Below, in pieces: positions 37,961 to 49,861 of a stretch of DNA of 64,000 nucleotides. Origin of the DNA: Squalus acanthias. Its lineage: Eukaryota. Made by a program: the position numbers and the translations under genes. The DNA lies in NCBI GenBank assembly GCA_030390025.1, contig CM059431.1, positions 113,648,001 to 113,712,000 on the forward strand. The letters are read 5' to 3'. The notes beneath the pieces were generated by a model. The model ran no database searches. It was not told the DNA's origin and was given only the letters and a program-made list of their open reading frames with translations. Each line of letters opens with the position of its first letter. Position 1 is the stretch's first letter.

Positions 37961-39210
37961 AATTAATTTATTGTTTGGAGTCAATAATGTGAACATTTCA
38001 GGGAAACTTGGGCTATCAAAAACAGGAGAAATGTTTGTTTTTCACCAACATTTATGGCCCTTCATCAAAATCATGGGAACATGGGACTTAGAGATCTTCT
38101 ATTACTAAGAATGTGAATTTGTTTGCAGGAATAAACTAAAAAAAAAAGCCAATCACAAAGGACCTGTAATAATGAGTCAAGCAGCTAATAGACTGCATGA
38201 TCTGTCTAAATGTTGAAAAGTTTGTTAATCTAGCTGTGGAGATGGCAAAAATTAATGAGAAATGGATCAACAACTGATAGGACAATCCCTTTTTATGGAT
38301 CAGGCATAGCAGATTCTGGTCACTGCTGGATTAGAGGAACTTGACCAGATCTTTGGTTGAGAGGCTGCTATCTCCATGATTCAGATGATCTGGCAGTAGG
38401 TCTATAAAAAGTAGAATGACTTAAAAAAAGAACTCAAAACGAACATGAAGAGTGCTCTAAAGTAACAATACAGGGCATGCACAGACATGAAGCAAATTAA
38501 AGTTGGTAAATGTTCAGGCAAAACAAAAGCCATACACATCGACAGAAACAGGAGGATGGAGAGATTAAAGAAAGAGGGAGAGAAAAACCAGAGGAAAAAG
38601 ATTAGCAAATAGAGCTATAAATATGACCCTGAGAGAATGTGCATGAGGGACAAACAGAAGGAAAGGAGAATAACAGACATAATGGCCGAAATGTTTACAT
38701 TGAAGAGGGTGCGGGTTCACGAGCTGGTCAGCAGTTAAAAATGCTGAAATTGACAGCGCCTCGGGAACTCGCCTTCATCCCGCCAACTTCCGCCTTTAAC
38801 TCGGGCGCATTTCCCAGCACACCACGGACCCGCTCGGGAGAGCCGGGCAACCTCATTGAAGTATTTAACAGCTCATTGACAAACCCTTAAGAGGATTTTT
38901 AACCTGAGATTTTTAACCACGGACTTCCTGAACCTTGCCTGTGAAGGCAAGGTGAGAGCTCAGCGGCCATTGTGCGAATTCATTAATTGACAGCTGGAAA
39001 AAGCACATAAATACTCACACATTACACCTGCTTCCTTATCTAAGGGAAAGGCTCTTGCTGACACCATCTTGTGCAGAAATTTAGCTTTCAGGAGCTTGCA
39101 GGTAATTTCTGCAACCTCAGAAACCACTCTCACCACATTGCTAGTCACTATAACTACATTGAAGGATTGTGCCTCTGAGCTTCACTTTACCTGCCATCTA
39201 TCAGATCAGC

Positions 39211-40667
39211 ATGGGTGCCACTTATACTCTTTCACCTTGGACCTCAGATTTGGACCAAGATGAGCCCCAGCACCAACAACACCAGCAGCAGCCACAACAC
39301 CAGCAGCAACCTTCCCCTCACTGACCTGATGCTCCACAGGAGGGGGATCAGCTCAGGGGTGCACTTCACCGGAGGCAAGACCCCAACACAGGTTACTTGA
39401 CGGAACAGCAGTGCTTCAGGAGGCTCAGGCTATCGCGCCAGGTCATGGCAGACATTGTAGCTTGCTGGAAGAAGACCTGCTGCCCAAAGGACCTGGTGGA
39501 CACGCCTTACCAGTGGCTGCCAAAGTCACTACCGCCCTCAACTTCTTCACCTCAGGCTCCTTCCAAGGATCTGCAGTGGACATTTGCAGGATCTCGCAGT
39601 CGGCCGTCCACAAATGCATCACCCAGGTGACCGATGCCATGTTTCACAATTCAGGCACTTAAGTGCACGTTGCCACTGTGTTAGTGAGCGGGCGCCCGGC
39701 TTTGTGGCTCTGGATGGCTTCCCACAGGTGCAGGGCGTCATTGACTGCACACATGTGGCCATCAAAGCACCCCCAGATCACCCAGGAGTGCTCATGAACT
39801 GGAAGGGCTTCCACTCCTTCAATGTGCAGCTCGTCTGCAACCACAAAAAGATCATTATGCATGTGTGTGCAGATTCCCAGGGAGCTGTCATGACTCTTTC
39901 GCCTTGTGCCAATCCACCCTCCTTCAGGAGTGAAATTAGGAAACACTTCTACACACAAAGGGTGGTACAAGTTTGGAACTCGTTTCCGCAAACGGCAATT
40001 GGTGCTAGATCAATTATTCATTTTAAATGGGAGATTGATAGCTTTCTGTTAACCAAAGGTATTAAGGGATATGGGCCAAAGGCAGGTATATGGAGTTAGG
40101 TCGCAGATCAGCCATGGTCTCATTGAATGGCGGAGCAGGCTCGAGGGGCTGAATGGCCTACTCCTGTTCATATGTTCCTATGCTCCCATGTTCCTATGTT
40201 CCTCAGCTCTTCGCACCTCTGAACAGACTTACCGGCTGACTGCTTGTAGACAAAGGCTATCCACTGAAGACGTGGTTGATGACGCCCTTGAGGAGGCCAA
40301 GTAATGAGGCCGAGGAGCGCTATAATGAAAGCCACATGATGACCAGATGTGTAATAGAGCAAGCGATCGATATGCTGAAGATGCACTTCAGATGCCTTCA
40401 CAGATCTGGAGGAGCCCTTCAGTACGCACCAGCCAGGGTCTCCAGAATGATCATCATATGCTGCGCGCTGCACAGCACAGCACAACAGCGAGGATTGGAG
40501 CTGCAGGAGGAGCAAGGTGCAGAGCCTCTTCGGAGGAGGAAGAGCAGGTGGAACATGAGGAGGAGGAGGAGGAAGAGGAGGAGCCTGAGGTGGACATGGC
40601 ACCAGCAGTGGTGCACATTGCTGCTCAGGAGGTCCGGGATGGCCTCATAATGGCACAATTTAGTTAA
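39211..40667 (+). pseudogene. HARBI1-like DDE transposase, disrupted by CR1
   Basis: [76 protein letters not shown]. Confidence 0.9.
39923..40200 (+). repeat. CR1 3' fragment
   Basis: RSEIRKHFYTQRVVQVWNSFP..GIKGYG; (TTCCTATG)n tail. Confidence 0.9.
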
Positions 40668-40952
40668 GTTGCACCAGTGCACCCATCTGGCTCCCAGATG
40701 CTGTACCTACTTCCCCCCGCCCCCACAACAACACCACAAAGCAGTCCTAAAATGATGAAACCATTCCTGTCACACACACACCCATTGCTCGAGGTTAAGT
40801 AATGTCTCCAACTGACAAGGCCACTGCCCAGGTAGTAGGAAAAAATGGACAAGACGGGAAAGTGGTGCAAAGAAATAAATTTATGTGGGTCATAAAAAGA
40901 ACTGAATATTAACATTAACATTTTAGCAAACCCTCGTGCATCTACGATTGTG

Positions 40953-42750
40953 TCATTTTCTTCTGCGAGTACTTCTACGAGGTGCACCCACTGTGGCTTC
41001 AGCAGAGGTAGAGGCAGGCTGCTCATTTCCCTGCTGCGACTGCTTAGAAACTTTTGGCGGACATCCTCTGGGTTTTGGAGCCTGTGAGGGTCCCGCCAAA
41101 GACTGCTCCTGCTGCAATTGTGCCGGGACAGACTGAGGCAGTGTGTGGGGCTCAGACTGAGGGGAAGGCAACGGGGGAGAAGTGGGAGCGTTTTGAGCAG
41201 AGGCTCCACTTCCATGTCCCCTCTCACCATCATCCCTCTCATTGGCCACCCGCATTTCCCTGATAGCAAGGAGCTGGAGACCACCTTGCTGCACATTAGT
41301 GGGGCGATGAACGCCCAAGTCTACTTTGGTATCCCTCCTAGAAATGACTGCAAACAGAGTCTGTAAGCTGTTGTTCACAGCAAGCATGGACTCGTATGAC
41401 TGGCGCATTAACTGCTCCATGCAGGTGGCCATCCTTTCCATGGAAGAGCACATCGTCGCCATCGCCTGCGACATGGTGCTGCTCATGTTGGAGATGGACT
41501 CCTTCATTCTCCCTACAATTGCACACATCCCGGCTGGAAAAGCTGCCAGAGGCTCGCACATTTGTTGCTGCTCCTCCAAGATCAACCTCTTTGTCGATGG
41601 CCCCTGAGGTTCAGCATCTGCATGCAGCTGAGCAGATCTTGGAGTGTCCTGCGCCCTCCGGCGAGGACTCTCCACTGCTGTCTCTGTCTCCACCATCTGC
41701 TCTTGCTCACTTGTGATGTGTGAGACACCAGGTGACAACATCACTCTATGTCTCGCAGGACCCACCGAGGTGCGCGTGTCTGCGCTGGTGCTGGGTGCGC
41801 ATGGGTCTGGTGACGGTGCACTCGCAGAGAATGGAGCTTCATCTGAGGAGTCATCTTTCTCCTCCGGCTGGACAGTGGGGGGGGGCGGGGGTGGGGGGGC
41901 ACTTGATGGACCTGTGGGAGAGTAAAGACATGAATTAGAATTCTTATGATAAGAATGTTTAATGTTACCATTATGCACATCATGATATTTCACTGGCTGC
42001 TGACATCAAGTCACCATGAGTGACTGTTGTATGCCATGTGGCTGTATGAGATTTAATTCTGTCACCGGGTTGCTGGTAGGACCCCGTCTCCATCTCCCAC
42101 CGTCAGCAGCTCTGGAACTCCGCTTATTTCCAGTGCCTCCTCCTCTGCTGGCGTCAATGTACTGTAAATTGGAGGGCCACCTCCGGTTCTCCGTCTCGCT
42201 CTGTTGTTCTGAGGTCTCTTCTCCTGCAAGGAGGGAAAGAAGAGAACTTTGAGTGAGAGTGATGGAATGAGTGTAGGGGATGGATGGGCTACATCTGTAG
42301 AGGGTGACTATGAGGGATTGATGTGACATTGCCAAATGGTCTCCTTCTGTGGTGTTACTTCCTATGATTGCATTTGGATGAGGGTAAGTGTCAGTGGTGG
42401 ATAGTCAGATGGGAATGTGTGAGTAGGTGCATAGAGAGTGAGGGATGGGTGCACCTGCAAGGTAGGTTGGTGTGAGGAGTGATGTGCAGGAGTAGGCTTG
42501 GGAAGGCAGAATGATGGGGTTGGGGTGACAGGCACGTCAGGATGTAGTTGACTGTGGCAATGTACTCACCTTTCTTGACCTCATGAGGTCATTAAATCTC
42601 TTCCTACACTGCATCCAGGAACGGCTGACAACACCCCTGCTGCTCACTTCGTGGGCGATCTGCAGCCATGCCCTCTTTGTTTCATTGACTGGCCTCTTCC
42701 TGTTGTCACCAGGGAAGAGGACCTCCTTCCTTGCTCTCACTCCCTGGAGC
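40953..42750 (-). pseudogene. Harbinger Myb/SANT gene, 3 exons (~42750-42570, 42223-42066, 41911-40953)
   Basis: RKEVLFP...AWLQIA...WMQCRKRFNDL; RRRTGGGP motif; exon 3 fully open (~319 codons). The 5' end is lost at a LINE-tail insertion (~42760-42825). Confidence 0.88.
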
Positions 42751-43639
42751 AGGATTTCCAGGGCAACTAGGGATGGGCAATAAATGCTGGTCTTGCCAGT
42801 GACGCCCACATCCCATGAACGAATCACTGAGACTGCATCCTTGGCTATAAATGCTTGTACCCTCACAGTTAAAGTATTGGATATAACAGCGACAGGCACC
42901 TCTCACTACCACCTCAGACCCTCCAACAACAACCTTTAACTCTGCTGTATACAGTGAGTCATCCGTGATGTCATCAGACCCGCTCCAGTTAATCGGCCGG
43001 CAAATCCGCATGCCTCCGTCATTTGATCTAGTTAAGTTAAACACACAGTGGAGAGTGTGCTGATGGAAAGTTCGTGATGGCGACCTGCTAGGCGCCCCTC
43101 TGCTCCTGAAGCCACTCACAGGTAAAAATTCAGCCCAGAATTAGTGAGAGATAAAAAAGAGAGTTAAGGGAAGAGAGAAACTTCTTATTTGTCTATGATC
43201 CATGGAAGGTCAATGATTCTATTTTAAAAAGTAAAAGACTAAAAACAAACTTCAATAAAGGATAGGAATTAGTAAAGAAAATCAAATGGGTGTCTTTTTA
43301 ATTGAACTATCCTTGTTCCTGGTAAACAGCTAAATCCAGTCACTGGTGAATGATTCTGAAATGTATTAGTTTAATAAAACTCCATCTACATCAATTTACC
43401 AACTATTACTGTGGTAGATATACCTTTAGAATAAGTATTTTATTTGTTCTCACTATATACAGTATCAAATGGGTAGACATCTTGGACCCTTATAAATTTT
43501 CTCACAGGATTGTCGTTGATCTGATGGGTTGGTTTTAGGCTTTTTAAGGCAGTTTCTGCCCATTCTCGAGAGATGACTAAGACATGTAGTTGAAAACAAC
43601 TCTGATTGCTGATTAGCTCAAAGTGGGTTAAAATACAAT

Positions 43640-44291
43640 GGGGCCGATTTTCATGGCCTCTGCTGGTAGGAACAGGGCTGTGAAAATGGCTGCATTGAAC
43701 TTATCACCCTGTTCCCACTCCCACTCTACCCGCCATCATTGCCAACCCATCAGTAAAATAGGCAGCCAGAGCATCCGCCTGTTTCAGGAACAAGCCTACT
43801 TGTACCATGCAACTAGGGGTCTTACGACCTTCGTGAGACCCCGGTGCAATTTCAGGTACTGATGGGTGGAGCTTGTGCCACGCATGCTCTGCCCATTGGT
43901 ACTGGGCATGGGGCAGTCCAACCAGCGGTCCTTAAAAGGACTGCCACTGGCCATTCACAAAACACGGTGAAACATCTGCGGCACTGATTTTTGTGGGCCA
44001 AGCTGGCCCCCCCCAAAAAATTTTCCTGCCCATTGCCAGCCCGTTCACAACACCGCCCCCCCCCCACCCCACCCCCCACTCGAGATTGCCTCCCCTCTCC
44101 CTTTAATTCCGCCGAGAAATCACAGATTCCTCTCCCCCACCCCCCGCCCCCGCCATCAGCAAGCTGGTTCAGCGCTCGTAACTGATAACATGCAGATAAT
44201 GTCCGGCCATCAAAATGGCTCAGGCCTCCCGTGCAGACGTTGGGCGAACGGTGTGATCACCTGAAGTCCATCCAAAACGAAAATCGGCCTC
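43640..44291. mobile_element. Harbinger-type MITE
   Basis: TIR GRGGCCGATTTTC; 3-bp TSD AAT. Confidence 0.8.
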
Positions 44292-44989
44292 AATATTTCA
44301 AAGTGGGAATTGATGTGAACTCAATAACCTCCATCACGTCCAGAAAAATGACTTGATGGCCATCTGTTTTGAATGTAACTGAGTTTCCTGTTACTTATCC
44401 CCAGTATTCAAACACTCTCTCAATGGTGTACTGTTTCTTATATCATACTGGGCATTAGGTGCCATTAATCAATCAATACTACTAGAGAAGCTGAAACATA
44501 GTGCTTTAATACAATTTTATTTGCACAAATTAAGTCACATATGGGTTTAATTTCTTCTGATATTTAGGGTAGCATATATTTGTGTTTTGTACCAGGCTTC
44601 GAAATTGCTCTGAGAAGCAAACAGATTTGAAGCATATTAGCAATTGACCCTGCATTAGCAGGTATTTTTGCTTGTTAAACAGAAGTTAATGAGAAATATA
44701 TCAATTTACTTAGGATCTACTTGATTTATTCGATTAACGCAGCATATTAAATGTAAACTCTTGTAAAAGCACTGGAGGATGCAGGCAGACTTTTGAGGAG
44801 TGAATAAAATGAAAGCTAGTTTATGAAACTATTCAAAAAAGAGTCTTTCGTTGAACATAGCATGGATGTAGCCTCAAGGGTCGTTCTGGTTCATGGGAAG
44901 ATGAGAGGTAGAAATATCGGAAGGACGTGACCTGGACCGTAATAAGGTATGGTGTAAAAGGAAGCTGTACGTCAGGAAGGGCACAGTCT

Positions 44990-45650
44990 CAGACCTGTGC
45001 TTAGTTCCTGGAAACAGATGTACAGATGTACAGACAAGAAGCAACATCCGTATGACACCCTCAGTGGAAGTGGAATTGAAAATGGCTACCACATTTAGGG
45101 GGCTAAATTCGGTTGATTTGCACCTCCCGTTTGTGCCCTAAGAGGGCGCTAACGGGGCGCTAATCAACAAGAGCCTGGGCGCAGCGCCGCTAACACCTGC
45201 TGCGAGTGGGAGGTTAGCGTTAGCGCCGCGCAGTGCTTCGCCGCTGGCGATGACGTCATCATCGTGCGCAGCGCCCCGCTCGCGCCCCGGCTGTAATATT
45301 GGGTGACGCCCCCTGAATTACCGCCGGACGCTATGTCCGCCGGGGTCAGGGGAGCCTACCTGCGGCCGGGGCGGCGCTAGTTAAAGAGGAGGTGGCGGGT
45401 GGCCATTTTTGTTGCTGGCCGCCTGCCAGCACCTGCCCCCGTTGCTGTCACCGGCCTCCGTGAAGCCCCCCCGCGGGGTGCCGGCTGCTCTCCGTGAGCC
45501 CAGCACTCCTCCCAAAGGGGGCGCTACCCAATTTTTACCCCTTAACTTCTAGATCATAAGACTTCTCAGACACTACCAGGAGACGTAACTTTGATCAGCC
45601 TCTACGCAGTTCACTGCTGCACCACAGAAATAACAGGTACCATCTTTCAC
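44990..45650 (+). pseudogene. Ancient HARBI1-like nuclease relic split by a MITE
   Basis: With the MITE removed it reads QTRSNIRMTPSVEVELKMATTFNF*..SQTLPGDVTLISLYAVHCCTTEIT, aligning to VAVKVTMAFNF..FQTAAGDI..ISQFxVHCC. Confidence 0.55.
45098..45541. mobile_element. Harbinger (Tourist-like) MITE, CpG-rich
   Basis: TIR GGGGGCTAAATTCGGT / ACCCAATTTTTACCCC; canonical TTA TSD; repeated GGCGCTA motifs. Confidence 0.88.
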
Positions 45651-46277
45651 CTTCCTCCAACTACTACCTGCGTCCTTCATCAGAGCAATGACTCGCCCTA
45701 CGTTCACTTGCCAAACTGCTAATGCCCTCCAAGCTCTGGGTATGTGGACTGAAGTCTGCTTCAAGTGATGCGGGTGTCGCAATTTTCTGAGGTGAGTGTG
45801 ATCCTGCCATAGAACCTGATTCCTCCTCCTGGGCTTGTGGTCTCTCTATATGATGCAGGACAAGCATATGGACTTTTTTATGCATACCGTTATTTCAATG
45901 ACATTTTGTGGGGTGAGGCTTCCAGCCACTCTGAGGGTTGAAAAGCATTGCAGGGAGTGGAATGAGACCTTTTCTAAGCTGAGGCCTAATATCATCCTTT
46001 TTCTGCTGTTATGTTTTCACTCAGTCACTCATTTCAGCACACCACCATGACACAAAGTATACAGTCACTTTTATACTGTTTGAAGAAGTAAAGTATATTC
46101 CTTTTATTTCCACAGTTGATCTCCAAGGACCACAACTTGCCATATATAAATCACAGAAAGTTAACATGCAGATACAGCAAGCAATTAGAAAGGCAAATGG
46201 TATGTTAGCCTTTATTGCAGGGGTTGAAGTATAAGAATATAGGAGAGATTAAGTAGAATGAGCCTATATTCTCTGGA

Positions 46278-47768
46278 ATAAAAACAGAAAATGCTGAAAA
46301 TACTCAGCAGGTCAGGCAGCATCTATGGAGAGAGAAACTTCGTTAACGCTTCAGGTCAATGACACTTCGTCATAACTAGAAACAGTTAGAGATGTAACAG
46401 ATTTTAAGCAAGTGCAGGGGCAGGGAAAGGGAGGAGGGGAGGAAAGAACAAAAGGGAAGGTCTGTGATACGGTGGAAGGCAGGAGAGATTAAATAACAAA
46501 GGCCGGAATATTTTCCAGGTAGGTGGGTTGGGGTTGGGGGCCTCTGAGGTGGGCAGGAAACCCCGGAGGCAGGGCCTGATTTGCATGTGAGGCATCGGTT
46601 TCCCACCCGAAGCCAGTCAGATTGAGAGGCTGGCTGGCTGCGGGCGGGTGGGCCTGCAGATGCAGAGAGGCAGCGAGGGGTCGGTCCGGGGAGTGATCGC
46701 GGGGGGGCTCGGCAGGGGATCGCGGGGTGGGGGCAGGATCGGGGATCGGGAGGGGTTCGGGAATCGCGGTGGGGTGGCGGAGGATTGGCGGGTGGGGCGA
46801 CCGGGGATCAGGGATTGGAGTCGGCCAGGGATCAGTAGGGGATCGGGGGGGAGGGTCGGCGGGTCGGGGGAGGAGGCCGGAGCATTGGCAGGGCAGGGAG
46901 AGAGGATCAGGGCCACCGGAGAATTGTGACTGGCCTCAGCATCATCGGTGGGGTGTGGGGGGGGGGAGAGGCCTCATGGTGGGGATCGGAGGCTTGGGAG
47001 GGTGATCGGAGGCCTCGTGGGGGGGACTCCGATCGCGGGGGGGTGGGTATGTTCAGGACCCTGGATCCAGGAGGTAGGCATAAAGCCACTTACCTCCTGG
47101 ATGCAGCAGTCCCCGCCTCTGTTTAAGTGCCAGATTTCACGAATTGTGTGAAACCCGTCCACATGCGGTTAAATTCAAAATGGACGGGGAAAAAAGAGGC
47201 TTCCAGCCTTATTATAATATTTAAATTGATGTTCCGCCCCCTGGGAGCAGGTTGGTCGTCACCCATCCCCCCACCCCCCCTCCCCCAGTCCCGCCTCCGT
47301 TAAAACGAGACGTGGGCGGGTTGGAGGCGGGATCAGGTCGGGAATCTGATTTTTAACAATTTAACTGCCTCCACGCTCCAAACCCACCTGTATTTTTAGG
47401 GGTAAATTCCGGCCAAAAGGCATGATAGTACAAAACAAAAGGAGATGGTAATGGAAGAAATTACCTTTATCATCTCCTTTTGTTTTGTTCTATCATACCT
47501 TTTGTCATTTAATCACTCCTGCCTTCCACCCTCTCACAGACCTTCCCTTTTGTTCTGTCCTCCCCTCCTCCCTTTTCCTGCCCCTGCACTTGCTTAAAAT
47601 CTGTTACATCTCTAACTTTTTCCAGTTCTGATGAAAGTTCATCGACCTGACCTGAGCTAACGAAGCGTTAACCCTGTTTCGCTCTCCACAGATGCTGCCT
47701 GACCTGCTGAGTATTTCCAGCATTTTCTGTTTTTATTTCAGATTTCCAGCATCCGCAGTATTTTGCTT
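46278..47768. mobile_element. Penelope-derived inverted pLTR (hairpin) element
   Basis: Long inverted arms meeting at ~47460; 14-bp TSD CTATATTCTCTGGA; hammerhead-like motifs in both arms. Confidence 0.85.
46501..47414. mobile_element. Harbinger-type MITE family B with G-rich array
   Basis: TIR GGCCGGAAT; 3-bp TSD AAA; removing it restores the host repeat. Confidence 0.88.
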
Positions 47769-48165
47769 CTATATTCTCTGGAGTTTAGAAGAATGAGAGG
47801 TGATCTCATTGAAACGTATCTCTGGCATGTAGTCCCAGCAGAAAGAACAAAACACAAGATAAGTTCTTCTCACAACACAGTATGGGTTTGGCACGGTACA
47901 CTAACTCAGGTGAACTCCTGTGTGACTTTTTTTCTCATTCTATTGATGGACAATAATTGATGGGCAAAATGTGAAAGTATTTTGGTCACCCAGAAAATGC
48001 TATTTTTGTAATTGTGGTAACTCCTTATACACCGAAAAAAATTATAAAATTAACTCAGCCGTACTTCACATTTCAAAAATGTAGAATTTTGCAATACTGC
48101 TTTGGGGGGTGAAGTACAATGGTTTTCAATGCAATTAAAATGAATAATATATCAAAAAGAATGAT

Positions 48166-49644
48166 GGGCCTGAATTTGCGGTTGGCAGCGTAGTTAAGGA
48201 GTACGCTGCCGACATCGCAAGGAAATCCACACCTACCTTGTGCGATCCTCCCTGTGAGAACTTCCTTTCAAACGCTGCAGAGTTCCGCGCAGCGTACTCC
48301 CCCACGGAGCCCGGGAGCGTACCGTTGTGCGTATGCGAACCTGGGATCACGTGGGGCAGTGCTCCTTTTACTTCCTGTTTCTTAGCCTACAAGCCACAGC
48401 TGAGCCCTTAAGCGCGAAATGACAAGAGGAGGGATTCACTCATATAGGATAAGAACGGAAATGAAACCACGAGATAACTGGAAGATTATTAATATTGAAG
48501 GCGTGTTCCTTTTCTTTTTCTACTTTCATTTTTTGCATGGAAAGCCTCGCTTTATAAAATAACAGGAACAAAAGATAAAACAAATATTTTAAATTCCATC
48601 CTAATTTGAAGAGTTCTAAATTTTCATACCTCAATTGCATTTAATTCCATTCATATTTAAGACAGTTTTGAAAACGAATTTGAGCCCGGATCTTTAAAAG
48701 CTGACCCATTGCAAAGGGGTCCCTAAATGGATTGAATGGTAATCATAGATCATAGATCATAGGATCATAGAAGATAGGAGCAAGAGTAGGCCATTCGGCC
48801 CCTCTAGCCTGCTCCGACATTCAATGCGATCATGGCTGATCATCCAAATTCAGTACCCTGTCCCTGCTTTCTCCCCATATCCCTTGATCCCTTTAGCCTT
48901 AAGAAATATATCCAACTCCTTCTTGAATCTATTTAATGAATTGGCCTCTACTGCCTCTGTGGCAGAGAATTCCACAGGTTCACCACTCTCTGGGTGAAGA
49001 AATTCCTCCTCATTTCTGTCCTAAATGGCTTACCCCTTATCCTTAGACTGTGACCACTGGTTCTGGACTCCCCGATCATCGGGAACATCCTTCCTGCATC
49101 TAGTGCAAAAACCTATAACTGTTTCAGGGTTAAAAGAGCAAAATTTGCATGATTGACCCAAAGGAAACAGCCGAACCTTTCAGATTACAGTTGATAAAAC
49201 AAACCTAAGAGCTTCAGAGATTCAGAGACAACCCGAAACCATATCTGTGCCATTTTTGGCATTTTAAAAATTAAAAGGAACATATCCTGCTGTGCATTTC
49301 CAATATTTCCTGTTCTTTTTTAATGCAAGATTTCCAGCACTCTGTTCTAAAAAAGTTTGTTCCGGTCCCCTTACGCTGTGCAACAGGCTTCCTGCACAAG
49401 ACTTAAAACGTAATTAATTAGGAGTAGCTGGGCAATTAGCCCAACTTTTCGCCAGCACGTTGATTCCTATCAGGAGGTGAAAGACGCAGCGAAGACCCTG
49501 TATTCGTAACTTGACAGATCGTACGTTCGGGATTTAGCACTTGCGCAAGCTCATGTGGAAATCCCGAACTTGCGGTCAGTTTCAAAGGCGGTATGACGAC
49601 ATACTCTGACAGTTCGCCGTCATACCGACCGCAAATTCAGGGCC
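48166..49644. mobile_element. Harbinger-type non-autonomous element
   Basis: 17-bp TIR GGSCCTGAATTTGCGGT; flanks GAT/GAC. Confidence 0.75.
48745..49105 (-). repeat. Young CR1 3' end, 5'-truncated
   Basis: Same subfamily as 35668-35828; (TATGATC)n-type tail. Confidence 0.9.
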
Positions 49645-49861
49645 GACATCTGTTAACTGTATTCAGTTCACATATGCTATCATTTCTCTTAAAAAATACT
49701 GTGTGCACATTTTGCTCTTTTAACCCTGAAACAGTTATAGGTTTTTGTGGAAGTTGTAAAGAAATGTGTAGAGATGTTCTAAATCTATTTCGTTGGCTTG
49801 AAATTAATAGAAAGACCCTATAGCCAATTGCTGATAATAGGTTTCTGAGGCTCTTGAAGAT

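Larger units (their letters stand above)
38683..43136. mobile_element. Near full-length PIF/Harbinger transposon (decayed), opposite orientation, different family
   Basis: TIRs TGGCCGAAATGTTTAC / GTAAAAATTCAGCCC; nuclease (+) and Myb (-) genes convergent. Confidence 0.88.
46150..47815 (+). repeat. CR1 ORF2 fragment split by a Penelope hairpin (parts 46150-46277 and 47769-47815)
   Basis: QQAIRKANGMLAF ... LYSLEFRRMRGDLIE. Confidence 0.8.

Noticed and set aside
10915..40667. Host HARBI1 or NAIF1/MSANTD genes
   Set aside because: Multiple decayed copies within TIR-bounded two-gene units indicate transposons, so no gene symbol was assigned.
49120..49735. piggyBac ends (CAGGG-TTAA / TTAA-CCCTG)
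   Set aside because: The ends face outward and identity extends beyond TTAA; better explained as an inverted duplication.
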